A stretch of 64,000 nucleotides of DNA from a virus: positions 1 through 64,000 of IMG/VR virus record IMGVR_UViG_3300045988_074321. One strand, given 5' to 3'. The notes under the pieces are model-generated. The model ran no database searches, was not told the origin of the DNA, and saw only the letters and a program-made list of their open reading frames with translations. Positions 55,418 to 64,000 of this stretch are shown one piece after another (positions within the stretch are counted from its first letter, which is position 1; each line of letters starts with the position of its first letter). The translations under genes were made by a program, and so were the position numbers.

Positions 55418-56185
55418 ATGGAATTGACGATTGAACAATTGATGCAAGGGAAAGCAACTAGAATTAAGGATAAAGAGTATTTTACTACTGAAGCCTATGT
55501 AACTCCGTTTATAGACAGAGTATCTAAAATGACTGATAATTTTATCATTAATGCTAAGCCTGCTGACCAAATATCGCTTACTAAAGATGGGGAGATTAAT
55601 TTTGATGATGTAATATACAATAGAGTTTGGATTCAAGGTGTTTTGCCAGACGAATATGCTTGGGATAATCATAAAAGAGTGATTAGTATGATTTATGCCC
55701 TTGACACTCGTAAACCATTAGTTAAGTTCTATGTAGGAGCTTTAAATATGGCTTGTCTAAACTTGTGTGTATTTAATCCAGAAATGTTAAATGTTTCTGA
55801 GCTAGAGCCAGAATCTGCTATTAACTATAGCTTCTTAAGAAATGCTATGTCGATGACAGATGAAACCAACTTAATGCTTAAGAAACTTTCAGAGATAGAG
55901 TATAAGAAAGATGATATATATGCTGACCTAGGTCACTGGGTTGACAACTGCATCAATTCTAAAATCAACATGGGATTTGGTTCTGTAAAATTAGCTGAAT
56001 CTGCTCCGATTGATGTTTATAAAGATTTGTTTTATGATGAAAAATCTAAGTATTATACAACAGACAATGTTGTAGATGGATTTACCGTGTATAACGCATT
56101 TACTGACTTGATTACCCAGGATAAGAGAGACTTAGTAAATAAATTCGAGAAGACATTGTTAATTAAGGACGTAATGGGTATTTAA
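55418..56185 (+). CDS. hypothetical protein
   Basis: ORF track. Confidence 0.5.
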   Translation: MELTIEQLMQGKATRIKDKEYFTTEAYVTPFIDRVSKMTDNFIINAKPADQISLTKDGEINFDDVIYNRVWIQGVLPDEYAWDNHKRVISMIYALDTRKPLVKFYVGALNMACLNLCVFNPEMLNVSELEPESAINYSFLRNAMSMTDETNLMLKKLSEIEYKKDDIYADLGHWVDNCINSKINMGFGSVKLAESAPIDVYKDLFYDEKSKYYTTDNVVDGFTVYNAFTDLITQDKRDLVNKFEKTLLIKDVMGI

Positions 56186-56186
56186 T

Positions 56187-58355
56187 ATGCAAGTAGTAAA
56201 GAGAGACGGAAGTTTACAGGAATTTGACGGTAATAAGATAGTAGAAGCAATATCTAAAGCATTTAATGCTTGCTGTCCTGAAGAAAATAAAGAAGTCATT
56301 ACAGCTATGGTGGCTGATATGCATTTATGGGACGGCATTACTATAGAAGAGATTCAAGACGTAGTAATAGAAACCTTGAGGGACTATGGTTACGACGATG
56401 TAGCCTCAGCATATTCTCAGTATAGAAGTGAACAATCTAGACTTAGAGAAATCATAGCTAAGATTAGTTACCAAGATAACTATATTAATAGTTCCGAAAA
56501 TGCAGCTACTTCATCTGAAACAGATGGAAATGCTAATGTTGTATCTAAGAACGTTGCTACATTAGAGAGTGAAGATAGAAAGCGCGAGAACAGAGAAATT
56601 CAGCGCTATCGTATGAAGAAGAAATTAAAGCTTCTTTATCCCGAACTCTCTTCTCAATATTCTAAAGACCTAGACAGTCATATTATTTATACCCACGATG
56701 AGGCTTCTACGTCAGTACTTAAACAGTATTGTATGGCAGTCTCGTTATACCCCCTAATGTTAGAGGGAGTAGGTAATATTGATGGAGTTACTCCTGGCCC
56801 TCCTAATGATTTGCAGTCATTCAGTGGACAAGTTACTAACTTAGTATTTCTATTGTCCTCTCAATGTAAAGGAGCAGTTGCTGTAGGTAGCTATTTTATT
56901 GCACTTAACTATTATATTATTGCTGAATACGGAGAAAAGTGGTATGAGAAGCTCGATTGTATATGTACTTCGGAACATTCTCTTATTAAGAGAACTATCG
57001 AAGACTCCATCCTTAAAGCTTTTAAACAGTTTGTTTGGGGAATTAATCAACCTGCTGGAAACAGAAGTTATCAATCTCCCTTTACTAATGTTTCGTACTA
57101 CGATAAGACCTATTTTGAATCTCTATTTGGAGAATTTTACTATCCAGACGGAACTAAGCCAGAATGGGTAGCAATTGATACTTTACAGAGATTGTTCATG
57201 TCTTGGTTTAATAAACTTCGCTTGAAACAAGTTCTGACATTTCCAGTAGAAACCTTTGCTATGGTGCATGACGGTAAAGACATTATAGATAAGAACTATA
57301 AAGACTTATGTGCAGAAATGTATTCTCAAGGTCATAGTTTCTTTACCTATATCTCAGACAGTGCAGATAGTCTTGCATCTTGTTGTCGTCTTCGTAATGA
57401 ATTAGCTGAAAATACATTTAGTCCTACCTCTGGTATGACTGGTGTAAAGACAGGTTCTTGTAATGTTATTACTCTGAATATTAACAGAATTGTCCAAGAT
57501 TGGGCTAGACAAGAAACTACTTGGTGGAGTGAAGATGGAGACAAAAATCTCTTGCATTGTAAAGATAATGTTGCCCTACTCAAAAAATATCTAATAGATA
57601 TTCTAGAGAGAGTATACAAGTATCACATTACCTATAAGACCATGCTCTATGAGTGGGAGGATAAGAAGATGTTTGCTTCTTCAAATGGAGGTTATATAAA
57701 CATCAAAGACCTATATAGTACTATTGGGCTAAATGGTCTGAATGAAGCTGCTGAGTTCTTAGGAATGAAGGTATCTAATAATCCAGAATATTTTGAGTTT
57801 TTACAGCTCATACTTGGAACAATAAAAGAGCAGAATAAACTTCATTCTATCCATGACAAAAAGCGCCCCTTCTTATTTAATTCTGAAGTCGTTCCAGCAG
57901 AGGGACTTGGTGGTAAGAATTATAAATGGGATAAAGCAGATGGCTATTGGGTTCCTGAAGATAGGAATCTATACAATAGTTACTTCTATAATGCCCATGA
58001 TGATACATCAGTGTTGGATAAGTTTATACTTCATGGAAGGCAGACTTATCAGTATACAGATGGAGGTAGTGCAGCTCACATTAACTTGGAGGAACATCTG
58101 TCTAAGGAGCAATACTTGAAGCTTATAGACTTTGCTATTCAGCAAGGAACTAATTACTTCACGTTCAATATTCCTAATAGTAAGTGCGAGGATTGTAAAC
58201 ATATTGTGAAAGCTCCCATTAAGGTATGTCCTAAATGTGGAAGTGAACATATTACTCAATATACCAGAATTATTGGCTATCTAAGACCTATCACTGCTTT
58301 TGGTAAGGATAGAAGAATAGAAGCTGAAAGAAGAACATATTCAAAAAATGTATAA
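56187..58355 (+). CDS. nrdD: anaerobic ribonucleoside-triphosphate reductase
   Basis: 722 aa; N-terminal ATP-cone, C-terminal zinc ribbon CEDCKH...CPKCGSEH and glycyl-radical motif RIIGYLRP. Confidence 0.85.
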   Translation: MQVVKRDGSLQEFDGNKIVEAISKAFNACCPEENKEVITAMVADMHLWDGITIEEIQDVVIETLRDYGYDDVASAYSQYRSEQSRLREIIAKISYQDNYINSSENAATSSETDGNANVVSKNVATLESEDRKRENREIQRYRMKKKLKLLYPELSSQYSKDLDSHIIYTHDEASTSVLKQYCMAVSLYPLMLEGVGNIDGVTPGPPNDLQSFSGQVTNLVFLLSSQCKGAVAVGSYFIALNYYIIAEYGEKWYEKLDCICTSEHSLIKRTIEDSILKAFKQFVWGINQPAGNRSYQSPFTNVSYYDKTYFESLFGEFYYPDGTKPEWVAIDTLQRLFMSWFNKLRLKQVLTFPVETFAMVHDGKDIIDKNYKDLCAEMYSQGHSFFTYISDSADSLASCCRLRNELAENTFSPTSGMTGVKTGSCNVITLNINRIVQDWARQETTWWSEDGDKNLLHCKDNVALLKKYLIDILERVYKYHITYKTMLYEWEDKKMFASSNGGYINIKDLYSTIGLNGLNEAAEFLGMKVSNNPEYFEFLQLILGTIKEQNKLHSIHDKKRPFLFNSEVVPAEGLGGKNYKWDKADGYWVPEDRNLYNSYFYNAHDDTSVLDKFILHGRQTYQYTDGGSAAHINLEEHLSKEQYLKLIDFAIQQGTNYFTFNIPNSKCEDCKHIVKAPIKVCPKCGSEHITQYTRIIGYLRPITAFGKDRRIEAERRTYSKNV

Positions 58356-58692
58356 AATAGAAGAGTTTGTAGGAACAGCTGCTGAGCTGGAGAAGTTCCT
58401 TAATGAAATGCAAGTTATTAAACATTTTAATCTATCTCATATAGTATCTAGACAAGCTAAAACTTTTGCAGGACCTGGATGCTCAGTTGATAGAACCGTT
58501 TATACCTTAGTATTTTATGGGAATGACGAAGAAAAGAAGAGACAAATATATCTTGAATATGCTAAAGAAAACTTATGTAAAGATTGCTTGACTTGTGCAG
58601 ACTTCGGGTATTATTGTAGAGGAAATAAAGAAAGATGTAATGCGTGGAAATACGATGAAAAAGCACATTATAGAATTGATAAAGTTGTATGA
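58348..58692 (+). CDS. Cys-rich hypothetical protein
   Basis: ORF track. Confidence 0.45.
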   Translation: MYKIEEFVGTAAELEKFLNEMQVIKHFNLSHIVSRQAKTFAGPGCSVDRTVYTLVFYGNDEEKKRQIYLEYAKENLCKDCLTCADFGYYCRGNKERCNAWKYDEKAHYRIDKVV

Positions 58693-59354
58693 GTAAAGTT
58701 TTAATTATTCCAGATGTTCACGGTAGACCATTCTGGAGAAAAGCAAAAGAGAAGATTAATAGTGTGGATAAGGTAGTCTTTTTAGGGGACTACCTCGACC
58801 CATATGGTTATGAAGGTATTACTAGAGAGAATGCGATAGAGGAGTTTAAAGAGATTATCCAATTCAAAGTTGATAATCCCGATAAGGTAATACTACTCCT
58901 TGGAAATCACGACTGTGCTTATTGCTATGATTTCGGAAGTGCTTCTAGGTATGATTACGCTAATGCAGAGCTAATTAAGGAAATGTTTGAGAATTTCAAG
59001 TCTCTATTCCAACTCAAATACTTCTCGGAAGGTATTCTATATACTCATGCTGGAGTTACTAATGATTGGTTAAAGAGTATGGATTTTACTATTACTGACC
59101 TAATTACTAAGCCTGAGGACTCTCTAGTTGGCTTCCTATGGGAAGTATCTCGTATGAGAGGAGGGTGGTCTAATACAGGCAGTATGGTATGGAGCGATGT
59201 CAGAGAAGGAGATAGAGAGTCTACATATTATCAAATATTTGGGCATACTCAATTGGAATCAGAACCCATTATTACTGACAAGTTTGCTTGCTTAGACGTA
59301 AGAAGACCTTTTATATTAGATACAGAAACTAAAAAGATTGAGGAGTATGCTTAA
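58689..59354 (+). CDS. calcineurin-like metallophosphoesterase
   Basis: PDVHG, FLGDYLD, LGNHD motifs. Confidence 0.7.
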   Translation: MSKVLIIPDVHGRPFWRKAKEKINSVDKVVFLGDYLDPYGYEGITRENAIEEFKEIIQFKVDNPDKVILLLGNHDCAYCYDFGSASRYDYANAELIKEMFENFKSLFQLKYFSEGILYTHAGVTNDWLKSMDFTITDLITKPEDSLVGFLWEVSRMRGGWSNTGSMVWSDVREGDRESTYYQIFGHTQLESEPIITDKFACLDVRRPFILDTETKKIEEYA

Positions 59355-59841
59355 ATATGTTGATGCCAGAGTAGTCTTTCAGGAAATTCCGGATGAGATT
59401 ACATTAGCTATAAATATATCTAACTGTCCTTGTCATTGTAAAGGATGTCATAGTCAATACCTAGCCGAAGATATAGGTAAACCATTAATTGAATATCCGC
59501 AGGGGTTCTCTGATGATTACATTATTCATCTAGACGAACTAATTACAGATGGTATTTCGTGTATAGCATTTATGGGAGGGGATTCTGACCCTCACTTAGT
59601 AAATGTGTTAGCTAGTTTTGTTAAAGATTATTATCCGAATTTAAAAGTGGCATGGTACTCAGGTAGACAAGAACTATCAGAGCACGTGAATATGAAGCAT
59701 TTCGATTATATCAAGCTAGGTCCATATATTGAAGAAAACGGGCCTTTAAATAGTAAGACAACTAATCAAGTTATGCTTCATATAGATAATAGCTGTGGAA
59801 AACCCATAGTTAAAGACATAACATCACGTTTTTGGAAATGA
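59338..59841 (+). CDS. nrdG: anaerobic ribonucleotide reductase activating protein
   Basis: CPCHCKGCH radical-SAM-type cluster; adjacent to nrdD. Confidence 0.8.
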   Translation: MRSMLKYVDARVVFQEIPDEITLAINISNCPCHCKGCHSQYLAEDIGKPLIEYPQGFSDDYIIHLDELITDGISCIAFMGGDSDPHLVNVLASFVKDYYPNLKVAWYSGRQELSEHVNMKHFDYIKLGPYIEENGPLNSKTTNQVMLHIDNSCGKPIVKDITSRFWK

Positions 59842-60137
59842 TTCTTAAGGTTGCATATGATGATAACAGTCAACATCTGGTTGACGAATTAAAAAAGGTT
59901 CTTTCTAAATATCCTTTAGTAGAATTACAAACTTACCATGAAGGCTTGTTTAAGGAACGTAAAAACGCCTTCAAGCTTAAGGGAGGTTTTAGCGCTAGAC
60001 ATACTCCATTTGCTGTATTAATTGATAATGATGCAGCTCCAGTAATGGCATTCTACGGTGAAGCTAATACTTGTACCATAGAAGAGATAATGAAAGCATT
60101 AAATAATCCTGTAGTGTATGGTAGAATTGAAGGTTAA
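59832..60137 (+). CDS. hypothetical protein
   Basis: ORF track. Confidence 0.45.
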   Translation: MEMILKVAYDDNSQHLVDELKKVLSKYPLVELQTYHEGLFKERKNAFKLKGGFSARHTPFAVLIDNDAAPVMAFYGEANTCTIEEIMKALNNPVVYGRIEG

Positions 60138-60459
60138 AGATATTATTGAAAGGAAGAAACTTCTGATAAAAGGACTTGAAGAGAATATCTTCAAGGACTT
60201 TACTGAAGAAGAAGAAAATCTCTTGCACTCCAAGCACGGAATGATTAAAGTTAGTCATAGGTCAGGCGCTGGTAAAGTGTACGAAGGGATAACTGGAGCG
60301 TTTAAGGTTGGGCTTCCTCTAATTATTGATAGTGAGCCGACTAAGATAATACAGAGAATTACCATGATAGATTGGGACTCTAGTATGTTCCAGGATGCAG
60401 ATGGAGAGTGGTTTATATTTGAATTTACTCCAATAAGACTCTACGAATTAAGTGTATGA
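60118..60459 (+). CDS. hypothetical protein
   Basis: ORF track. Confidence 0.45.
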   Translation: MVELKVKDIIERKKLLIKGLEENIFKDFTEEEENLLHSKHGMIKVSHRSGAGKVYEGITGAFKVGLPLIIDSEPTKIIQRITMIDWDSSMFQDADGEWFIFEFTPIRLYELSV

Positions 60460-60761
60460 TAAGAAAATTTACTAACATCGTTTGTGTATATTACAACGAC
60501 AAAAATTATATTCCAGCTAAGTATAATTGTCCAGACTTAGAGATTGATGATGTAATTCTCAACCTGACTACAAACAAGGAACAGAATTATGAAAAGATTT
60601 CTGAGATTATTGTTGATTATGCCTTTGCTTTGTTTTGTAATAAATCTGATTTAAAGGATTTTGCACAAGACCATAAGAAGTATAAGAGGCAGAACTGGAA
60701 ATTGCTCGACTTTAGGGAAATAATTAAAACAACAGAGATAAAACCAAAAGATCAGAAATGA
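60456..60761 (+). CDS. hypothetical protein
   Basis: ORF track. Confidence 0.45.
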   Translation: MIRKFTNIVCVYYNDKNYIPAKYNCPDLEIDDVILNLTTNKEQNYEKISEIIVDYAFALFCNKSDLKDFAQDHKKYKRQNWKLLDFREIIKTTEIKPKDQK

Positions 60762-61312
60762 AATATGGAGTTATTTTAGCTAGGTTTCAGCCCATTCACA
60801 ATGGGCACCTAGCTTTAATTAAAAAAGCTTGTTCAGAGAACGATAAGGTTCTTTTGTTAGTTGGTAGTGCTGATAAAGTAAACAAGCGTAATCCTATTCC
60901 TATAAAGGTTAGGATAAAATTACTAGAAACTGCCTTAGAGGACGAAGGTTTACTTAGTAGATGTATCATTCAGCCTCTTAATGATTTGACTGATGAGTCT
61001 GATAACTCTCAGGATTGGGGATTCTATTTATATGCTAACATAGTTAGTATTATAAAAGAGTCCCATTTTAATATCTACTATAGCGATGGATACGAAATTA
61101 TTACAACATGGTTTCCAAAGTTTATGCTGAAGGGTTATATATCAATGACTCTCATGGCAAGAGAACAGGTAGAAGAAGGTATATCGGCTACTGTTGTAAG
61201 AGATGCCCTAAGATCTAATTTAAGCCTAGAAGGACTAGTTCCTAAGTGTGTTATAGATGCAAGATTTTATTTAACTGAATTTATTTTATTACATGAAAGT
61301 ACTCATAATTAA
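60758..61312 (+). CDS. nicotinamide/nicotinate mononucleotide adenylyltransferase (NMNAT, NadM/NadR-type nucleotidyltransferase)
   Basis: [14 protein letters not shown] (HxGH) motif. Confidence 0.6.
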   Translation: MKYGVILARFQPIHNGHLALIKKACSENDKVLLLVGSADKVNKRNPIPIKVRIKLLETALEDEGLLSRCIIQPLNDLTDESDNSQDWGFYLYANIVSIIKESHFNIYYSDGYEIITTWFPKFMLKGYISMTLMAREQVEEGISATVVRDALRSNLSLEGLVPKCVIDARFYLTEFILLHESTHN

Positions 61313-61874
61313 TAAATCAAGACATCAACTTCCTCAGTATGAAACTCCCTTATCAGCAGGTATGGATATTAGAGGAGACTTTAGTAGAATTAAGTTAGTA
61401 GACAATAAGCCTGAGAAATTCTTTTTCGATGCTGATGTTGTAGCTATTAGTAAAATTGAAGATCCAAATGGTCCATTTGTGGTAGACAAGGAAGGAAATC
61501 TTACTGATAGAAGAGTTCCTAGTATTCCCGTTGCTTCTACTATTGAAATAAAGCCCGGAGGTAGATGTTTGATTCCGACTGGATTGTTTATAGCTTTACC
61601 TAAGGGTTACGAGGCGCAAGTTCGACCACGAAGCGGTCTTGCATTAAAATTGGGACTTACTGTCCTTAATTCACCTGGAACCATTGACGCCGACTACAGA
61701 GGAGAGATTGGAGTTGTATTAGTGAACACTTCTAATGTCCCAGTTAGAATTACTGATGGAGAAAGAATTGCCCAAATAGTTATTGCTAAGCATGAAACTA
61801 TAGAATGGGAAGTTGTTGAAGAATTACCTTCCACTGAACGAGGAGAAGGGGGATTTGGACATACCGGAGTATGA
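61293..61874 (+). CDS. dut: dUTP diphosphatase
   Basis: [29 protein letters not shown] motifs. Confidence 0.85.
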   Translation: MKVLIINKSRHQLPQYETPLSAGMDIRGDFSRIKLVDNKPEKFFFDADVVAISKIEDPNGPFVVDKEGNLTDRRVPSIPVASTIEIKPGGRCLIPTGLFIALPKGYEAQVRPRSGLALKLGLTVLNSPGTIDADYRGEIGVVLVNTSNVPVRITDGERIAQIVIAKHETIEWEVVEELPSTERGEGGFGHTGV

Positions 61875-62116
61875 TATGGATATTAATGGTATTGGGGTTA
61901 TGTAATTTAGCCCTAATACTTTGTCTCATGCGGAGAGTTGAGGACATTAGTAATCAAATCAAAACTAATTATCACTTTATTGATGATACAAGAGACAAAG
62001 TCAAGTATCTAACTTCTCTAATGGATATACGAGTGAATATTCCAGAAGAAATCGAGAAGCAATTTGGTAAGATGAAAAAGGAAATTGTTGTTAAAAATGT
62101 ATTAAAAGTACCATGA
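61871..62116 (+). CDS. small membrane protein
   Basis: ORF track. Confidence 0.4.
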   Translation: MIWILMVLGLCNLALILCLMRRVEDISNQIKTNYHFIDDTRDKVKYLTSLMDIRVNIPEEIEKQFGKMKKEIVVKNVLKVP

Positions 62117-62433
62117 CTAAAGAGGAATTGAGGTCTAAAATATTAGAACTCGAAGAAGCTATGAGAGAAGAAGACAGCAAGTCTACCACAGCTAAACTAA
62201 GTGATGAATGGGATGAATTAATGAGTAAGTTGGAAGATGTTATCTATGACGAACTCGAAGGTGTTGCAGTTAAGATAGTCACTGAAAGAATTGTTGATAA
62301 ATACGATGTAGACACTGATATATTAATTGCAGAGTATATGGAAAGTGGAGACCTAGAGGAATCATTTAAGATAGCAGCCGAGGAGTGCGATTGCGGTTGG
62401 AAGACAGATATTACAAAAAGAATATTAAAATAA
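62113..62433 (+). CDS. acidic hypothetical protein
   Basis: ORF track. Confidence 0.45.
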   Translation: MTKEELRSKILELEEAMREEDSKSTTAKLSDEWDELMSKLEDVIYDELEGVAVKIVTERIVDKYDVDTDILIAEYMESGDLEESFKIAAEECDCGWKTDITKRILK

Positions 62434-62753
62434 TTACTACTATGACTAAAGAAGGATTTGTAAAGCTTATTGAAAATGCCCAGAACTATTCTAAGGAATT
62501 GGATAGATGGTCTGATTTTGGAATTGATTTGTTTGAACTTCCTATATCCGAACTCGGTTGGGGATTCTTAAATACAGTACTTCCGGAATTGTTCTCTGAT
62601 GAAGGAGTGGACTGGGTTAATTGGTGGTTGTTTGAGAAGCCTGGACTATTCAAAAATAGTCTTCCTAATGAAGCTTATGATGAAGACGGAAATATAATTC
62701 CTACTGATACTATAGATGATTTGTGGAACTTAGTTAAGGACTATCAGAAATGA
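62385..62753 (+). CDS. hypothetical protein
   Basis: ORF track. Confidence 0.45.
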   Translation: MRLRLEDRYYKKNIKIITTMTKEGFVKLIENAQNYSKELDRWSDFGIDLFELPISELGWGFLNTVLPELFSDEGVDWVNWWLFEKPGLFKNSLPNEAYDEDGNIIPTDTIDDLWNLVKDYQK

Positions 62754-62971
62754 CACTAGAAGAACTTAAAAAGAAAGTAGTCACTATTACAGTACACAAA
62801 AATATTGTATTAGGAGAAGATTTACAGGAAGAATGGCTAAAGAAATATATAGAGGAAGAGTTCGTTAGCGATGAAGAGCTTTTGAAAACCTTAATCGAGA
62901 ATGAATATGACTACAGTGGACTAGATGATGTATTAGACTATGATGATTATAAGGTAACTATTCATGATTAA
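62750..62971 (+). CDS. acidic hypothetical protein
   Basis: ORF track. Confidence 0.4.
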   Translation: MTLEELKKKVVTITVHKNIVLGEDLQEEWLKKYIEEEFVSDEELLKTLIENEYDYSGLDDVLDYDDYKVTIHD

Positions 62972-64000
62972 ATATTTGTTAAGCAAAGCCTCAACTGGCA
63001 AATTTAGAGTTGTATATTTATCTACTACAGAACAGTGGGATGAAGAAAAAGCTGGATTTGTAATTAATAGAGTTACAGGACAGCTACATGGAAAGATGAC
63101 AGAGCAACCAGAAATAGTCATTACTAAAGGAAAAGCTGGTAGAACGCATAGAGAACAACTTGAGTTGCAGTTTAAGTCTGAGCTTAAGAAATATTTAGAT
63201 AAGGGTTACAAGGAGCTAGAGAACGATCCCGAAACTTATAGCGAAACTCAATTGGAAGAATTTTATGGAGACATTAAAACCGACCAGAATGGATTTGCAA
63301 AGCACATGCTTGCAAAATCTGCAGATAAAGTTAAGGAATCCTCAATCAATAAGGTTAAGTATTGGTATGCTAGCAGAAAAATTGATGGAGTTAGGTGTTC
63401 CTTCTACTATAAGGACGGTGAGATTCTATCTGCTTCCAGAGGTGGGGGAAATTATGACTATTCAACAAGCCATATCCGAAACAATGAGAGATTGCTTGAG
63501 TTCTTCAGGAATCATCCCACTTACATTCTTGATGGAGAGTTGTATAGACATGGTAAAAGTCTCCAACAAATCAGTGGAGCAGCTCGTCTTGAGAAAAACG
63601 CAGTTGACTGCGACTGGCTTGAATATTATGTTTACGACATCATGATTCCTGGAATGAAGTTCTCAGATAGATTAGAGATTCTTAAGCAGTTGCAAAAGGA
63701 ACTTAATCTTGGATTTGACCCAAATAGAGAATGGGAAGAAGGAGAACTTCAAATGCAATTAGTTCCACAGGAGAAGGTTTCTGGATATGAGAATATAATG
63801 AAACTCCATGACCAGTATGTATCAGAAGGTTGGGAAGGTGTAGTGTGTAGAAATCCTGATAAGGAGTATGGCTTCGGAAAACGTACTAATGATATGCTTA
63901 AATTTAAATTCTATAAAGATGCAGAGTTTGAAATTACTGGCTTATCAGAAGGTCTTCGAGAAGAGGATATGTGTTTTACGTTAATAACTGAAGATGGTAT
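62964..64000 (+). CDS. ATP-dependent DNA ligase, 5' portion (ORF runs off window end; absent from ORF track)
   Basis: open frame from ATG 62964 to window end; motif I KIDGVR (KxDGxR), ILDGELY, EGVVCRNPD, KFK. Confidence 0.7.
   Translation, partial: MIKYLLSKASTGKFRVVYLSTTEQWDEEKAGFVINRVTGQLHGKMTEQPEIVITKGKAGRTHREQLELQFKSELKKYLDKGYKELENDPETYSETQLEEFYGDIKTDQNGFAKHMLAKSADKVKESSINKVKYWYASRKIDGVRCSFYYKDGEILSASRGGGNYDYSTSHIRNNERLLEFFRNHPTYILDGELYRHGKSLQQISGAARLEKNAVDCDWLEYYVYDIMIPGMKFSDRLEILKQLQKELNLGFDPNREWEEGELQMQLVPQEKVSGYENIMKLHDQYVSEGWEGVVCRNPDKEYGFGKRTNDMLKFKFYKDAEFEITGLSEGLREEDMCFTLITEDG

Noticed and set aside
1-64000. CRISPR arrays or integrase/attachment sites
   Set aside because: No regular direct-repeat/spacer structure and no tyrosine or serine recombinase motifs seen in this window.
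1-64000. Global TAA reassignment implied by the UUA tRNA
   Set aside because: Most confident genes (flotillin, NrdD, dUTPase and others) terminate at TAA, often followed by terminators; any TAA read-through must be limited.

Overview
This window is about 64 kb of a large, AT-rich dsDNA phage genome from a metagenomic assembly. A Nextera/Tn5 adapter sits at 14-47, so this is a contig end. After a short minus-strand block (676-2470) almost everything is on the plus strand, and the ORF track is broadly reliable. Recognisable content: a T4-like replication/nucleotide module, with SF2 helicase, DnaB-like helicase, primase, RNase H, anaerobic RNR NrdD/NrdG, dUTPase, NMNAT, and an ATP-dependent DNA ligase that runs off the 3' end; a NadV + Prs-like + HAD NAD-salvage cluster; membrane-associated genes, including a lipoprotein-NfeD-flotillin operon, a second SPFH lipoprotein, an OmpA-like protein and a glucosaminidase; and about 28 tRNA or tRNA-like genes plus a tmRNA spread over 1.9-31.6 kb, interleaved with two HNH and one GIY-YIG homing endonuclease genes. 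Three points stand out. First, selective amber recoding: at least three genes carry 10 in-frame TAG codons with no other stops, and a Gln-like tRNA with anticodon CUA (plus a candidate UUA tRNA) is encoded nearby. Second, two tRNA genes are split by insertions that each carry an HNH endonuclease and a nested tRNA. Third, several anomalous tRNA-like genes and a phage tmRNA are present. All RNA calls were made by eye and need tRNAscan-SE/ARAGORN/Rfam confirmation.
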